From: an uncultured Clostridia bacterium
Lineage (GTDB): Bacteria > Bacillota > Clostridia > Oscillospirales > Acutalibacteraceae
Reading direction: 5' to 3'
DNA: 57,963 bases
Assembly: GCA_944384895.1 (NCBI GenBank)
Contig: CALWVB010000012.1
Span: forward strand, 1-57,963
Part shown: in pieces, positions 56,890 to 57,963 of the stretch
Numbering within the stretch: the first letter of the stretch is position 1
Layout: every line of letters starts with the position of its first letter
Notes under the pieces: model-generated
Told to the model about the DNA's origin: nothing
Database searches by the model: none
What the model saw: only the letters and a program-made list of their open reading frames with translations
Translations under genes and position numbers: made by a program

Positions 56890-57903
56890 TTAATATTTAT
56901 GTGCAATAACCCCGGTCAATTCAACAGCATTTGAAATATGTTTATCAGAATATTTTTGAGGTTTAGAATAATCGGTTGACAAATATTTTTTGTTATCATC
57001 AGCAAATGTAGTAGTTATAATGCAATCGCTGCCCAATCTGTTCTGTGCAATAATACATCCTAAAAAGTTAGCGCCGGATGATACGCCTACGCCAATGCCA
57101 AGTTTCTCAGATAACATTCTTGCCATAATAATTGAATCGGAATCATCAACAGAAATGACCTCATCAAGCTTATCTAATTTTACTATATCAGGTATAAACT
57201 CATCAGAAATCCCCTGTATCCTATGTTTTCCTACTTTAAAACCAGTAGATAATGTAGGAGAATTAACAGGTTCAAGTGGGTAACATTTGCAATCAGGATT
57301 AATTTCTCTAAAACGTTTAGCAAGACCCATTATAGTGCCGCCTGTACCTACTCCTGCTACAACCCCATCCGGTTTAAGACCAAGAATATCTAATTGTTTA
57401 ACTATTTCTTCAGCCGTAGTCAGATAGTGAGCCTGTACGTTGTCGTAATTGGAAAATTGACACGGAAGAAATACGCCGCCATTTTTAGCTAACTCTTCAG
57501 TTTTAGCAATAGAACCTAAAAATCCGCCTTCTTCTTCAGAAACCAAATGCACCTTTGCACCATAGCTTTCCATTAAATTAATACGTTCACGGCTCATCCA
57601 ATCCGGCATATATATTATTACATCATGGCCTAAATATGCTCCAACAGCTGAAAAGGATATTCCCGTATTACCGCTTGTAGCTTCTGCTATAATATCGCCT
57701 TTTTTTATATTTCCAGTTTCATATGCTTTTTTTAATATATAAAAAGCAACCCTATCTTTAATATTTCCTGTAAGATTATAATATTCAGCTTTAGCAAATA
57801 TTCGCCTTGGCTGGCCGTTATAATTAAACTGTATTTCCAAAAGAGGAGTCTTTCCAATTAACGGCTCAATATTATCAAATTTTTGCTGTATATCTGGTGT
57901 CAT
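56890..57903 (-). CDS. PLP-dependent cysteine synthase (CysK/CysM) family protein
   Basis: PLP-lysine motif GNIKDR, SGNTGIS, and GVGTGGTIMG. About 30-aa C-terminal extension relative to typical CysK. Confidence 0.75.
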   Translation of the reverse strand: MTPDIQQKFDNIEPLIGKTPLLEIQFNYNGQPRRIFAKAEYYNLTGNIKDRVAFYILKKAYETGNIKKGDIIAEATSGNTGISFSAVGAYLGHDVIIYMPDWMSRERINLMESYGAKVHLVSEEEGGFLGSIAKTEELAKNGGVFLPCQFSNYDNVQAHYLTTAEEIVKQLDILGLKPDGVVAGVGTGGTIMGLAKRFREINPDCKCYPLEPVNSPTLSTGFKVGKHRIQGISDEFIPDIVKLDKLDEVISVDDSDSIIMARMLSEKLGIGVGVSSGANFLGCIIAQNRLGSDCIITTTFADDNKKYLSTDYSKPQKYSDKHISNAVELTGVIAHKY

Positions 57904-57963
57904 AGATAATTTCTCCTCAATAATAATATTGATACCATCTCACCCTGTAGATAGATAACTAAA

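Overview
This is a low-GC, Clostridia-type chromosomal segment, densely packed with housekeeping and sporulation genes. Left to right: a 5'-partial sensor kinase, DUF1385-prmC, an nfnAB-like oxidoreductase pair, an M23 + M50 (spoIVFA/spoIVFB-like) pair, NfeD-SPFH, purE-M-N-H-D, bofA, azlCD, a PHP phosphatase, AsnC + aminotransferase and ispE. Then come a 1814-aa secreted GH51-type arabinofuranosidase with F5/8-type-C repeats, a glycerol-1-phosphate-dehydrogenase-like enzyme and a Xer-type tyrosine recombinase. Next is a biotin-dependent carboxyltransferase trio (12S-like, BCCP, 5S-like), with oadB/oadG about 14 kb away. The remainder holds rluB, a DD-carboxypeptidase, ytfJ/ytfI-like genes, scpAB, recA-recX-rimO-pgsA-cysE-cysS, galK, an IPMS/homocitrate-synthase-family enzyme, an asparaginase and a cysteine-synthase-family enzyme. 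I saw no tRNA, rRNA or CRISPR array. The signal the genes do not explain is a three-copy intergenic element at 6345-6515 (+), 15549-15721 (-) and 31094-31269 (-). Each copy is about 170 nt, closed by a 13-bp all-GC-type stem, and holds two hairpins and a 12-bp long-range stem. Each sits inside roughly 270-380 nt of extended homology. Paired regions are conserved or co-vary between copies, while loops and the interior diverge. Copy 1 abuts a decayed IS200/IS605 tnpA. Copy 2 is followed by a GC-rich cluster of perfect palindromes that folds as a four-way junction. I read the family as either an undescribed structured RNA or an IS200-derived non-autonomous module; the sequence alone cannot separate these. 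A 17-6-17 perfect palindrome next to the recombinase gene is a second item worth testing.
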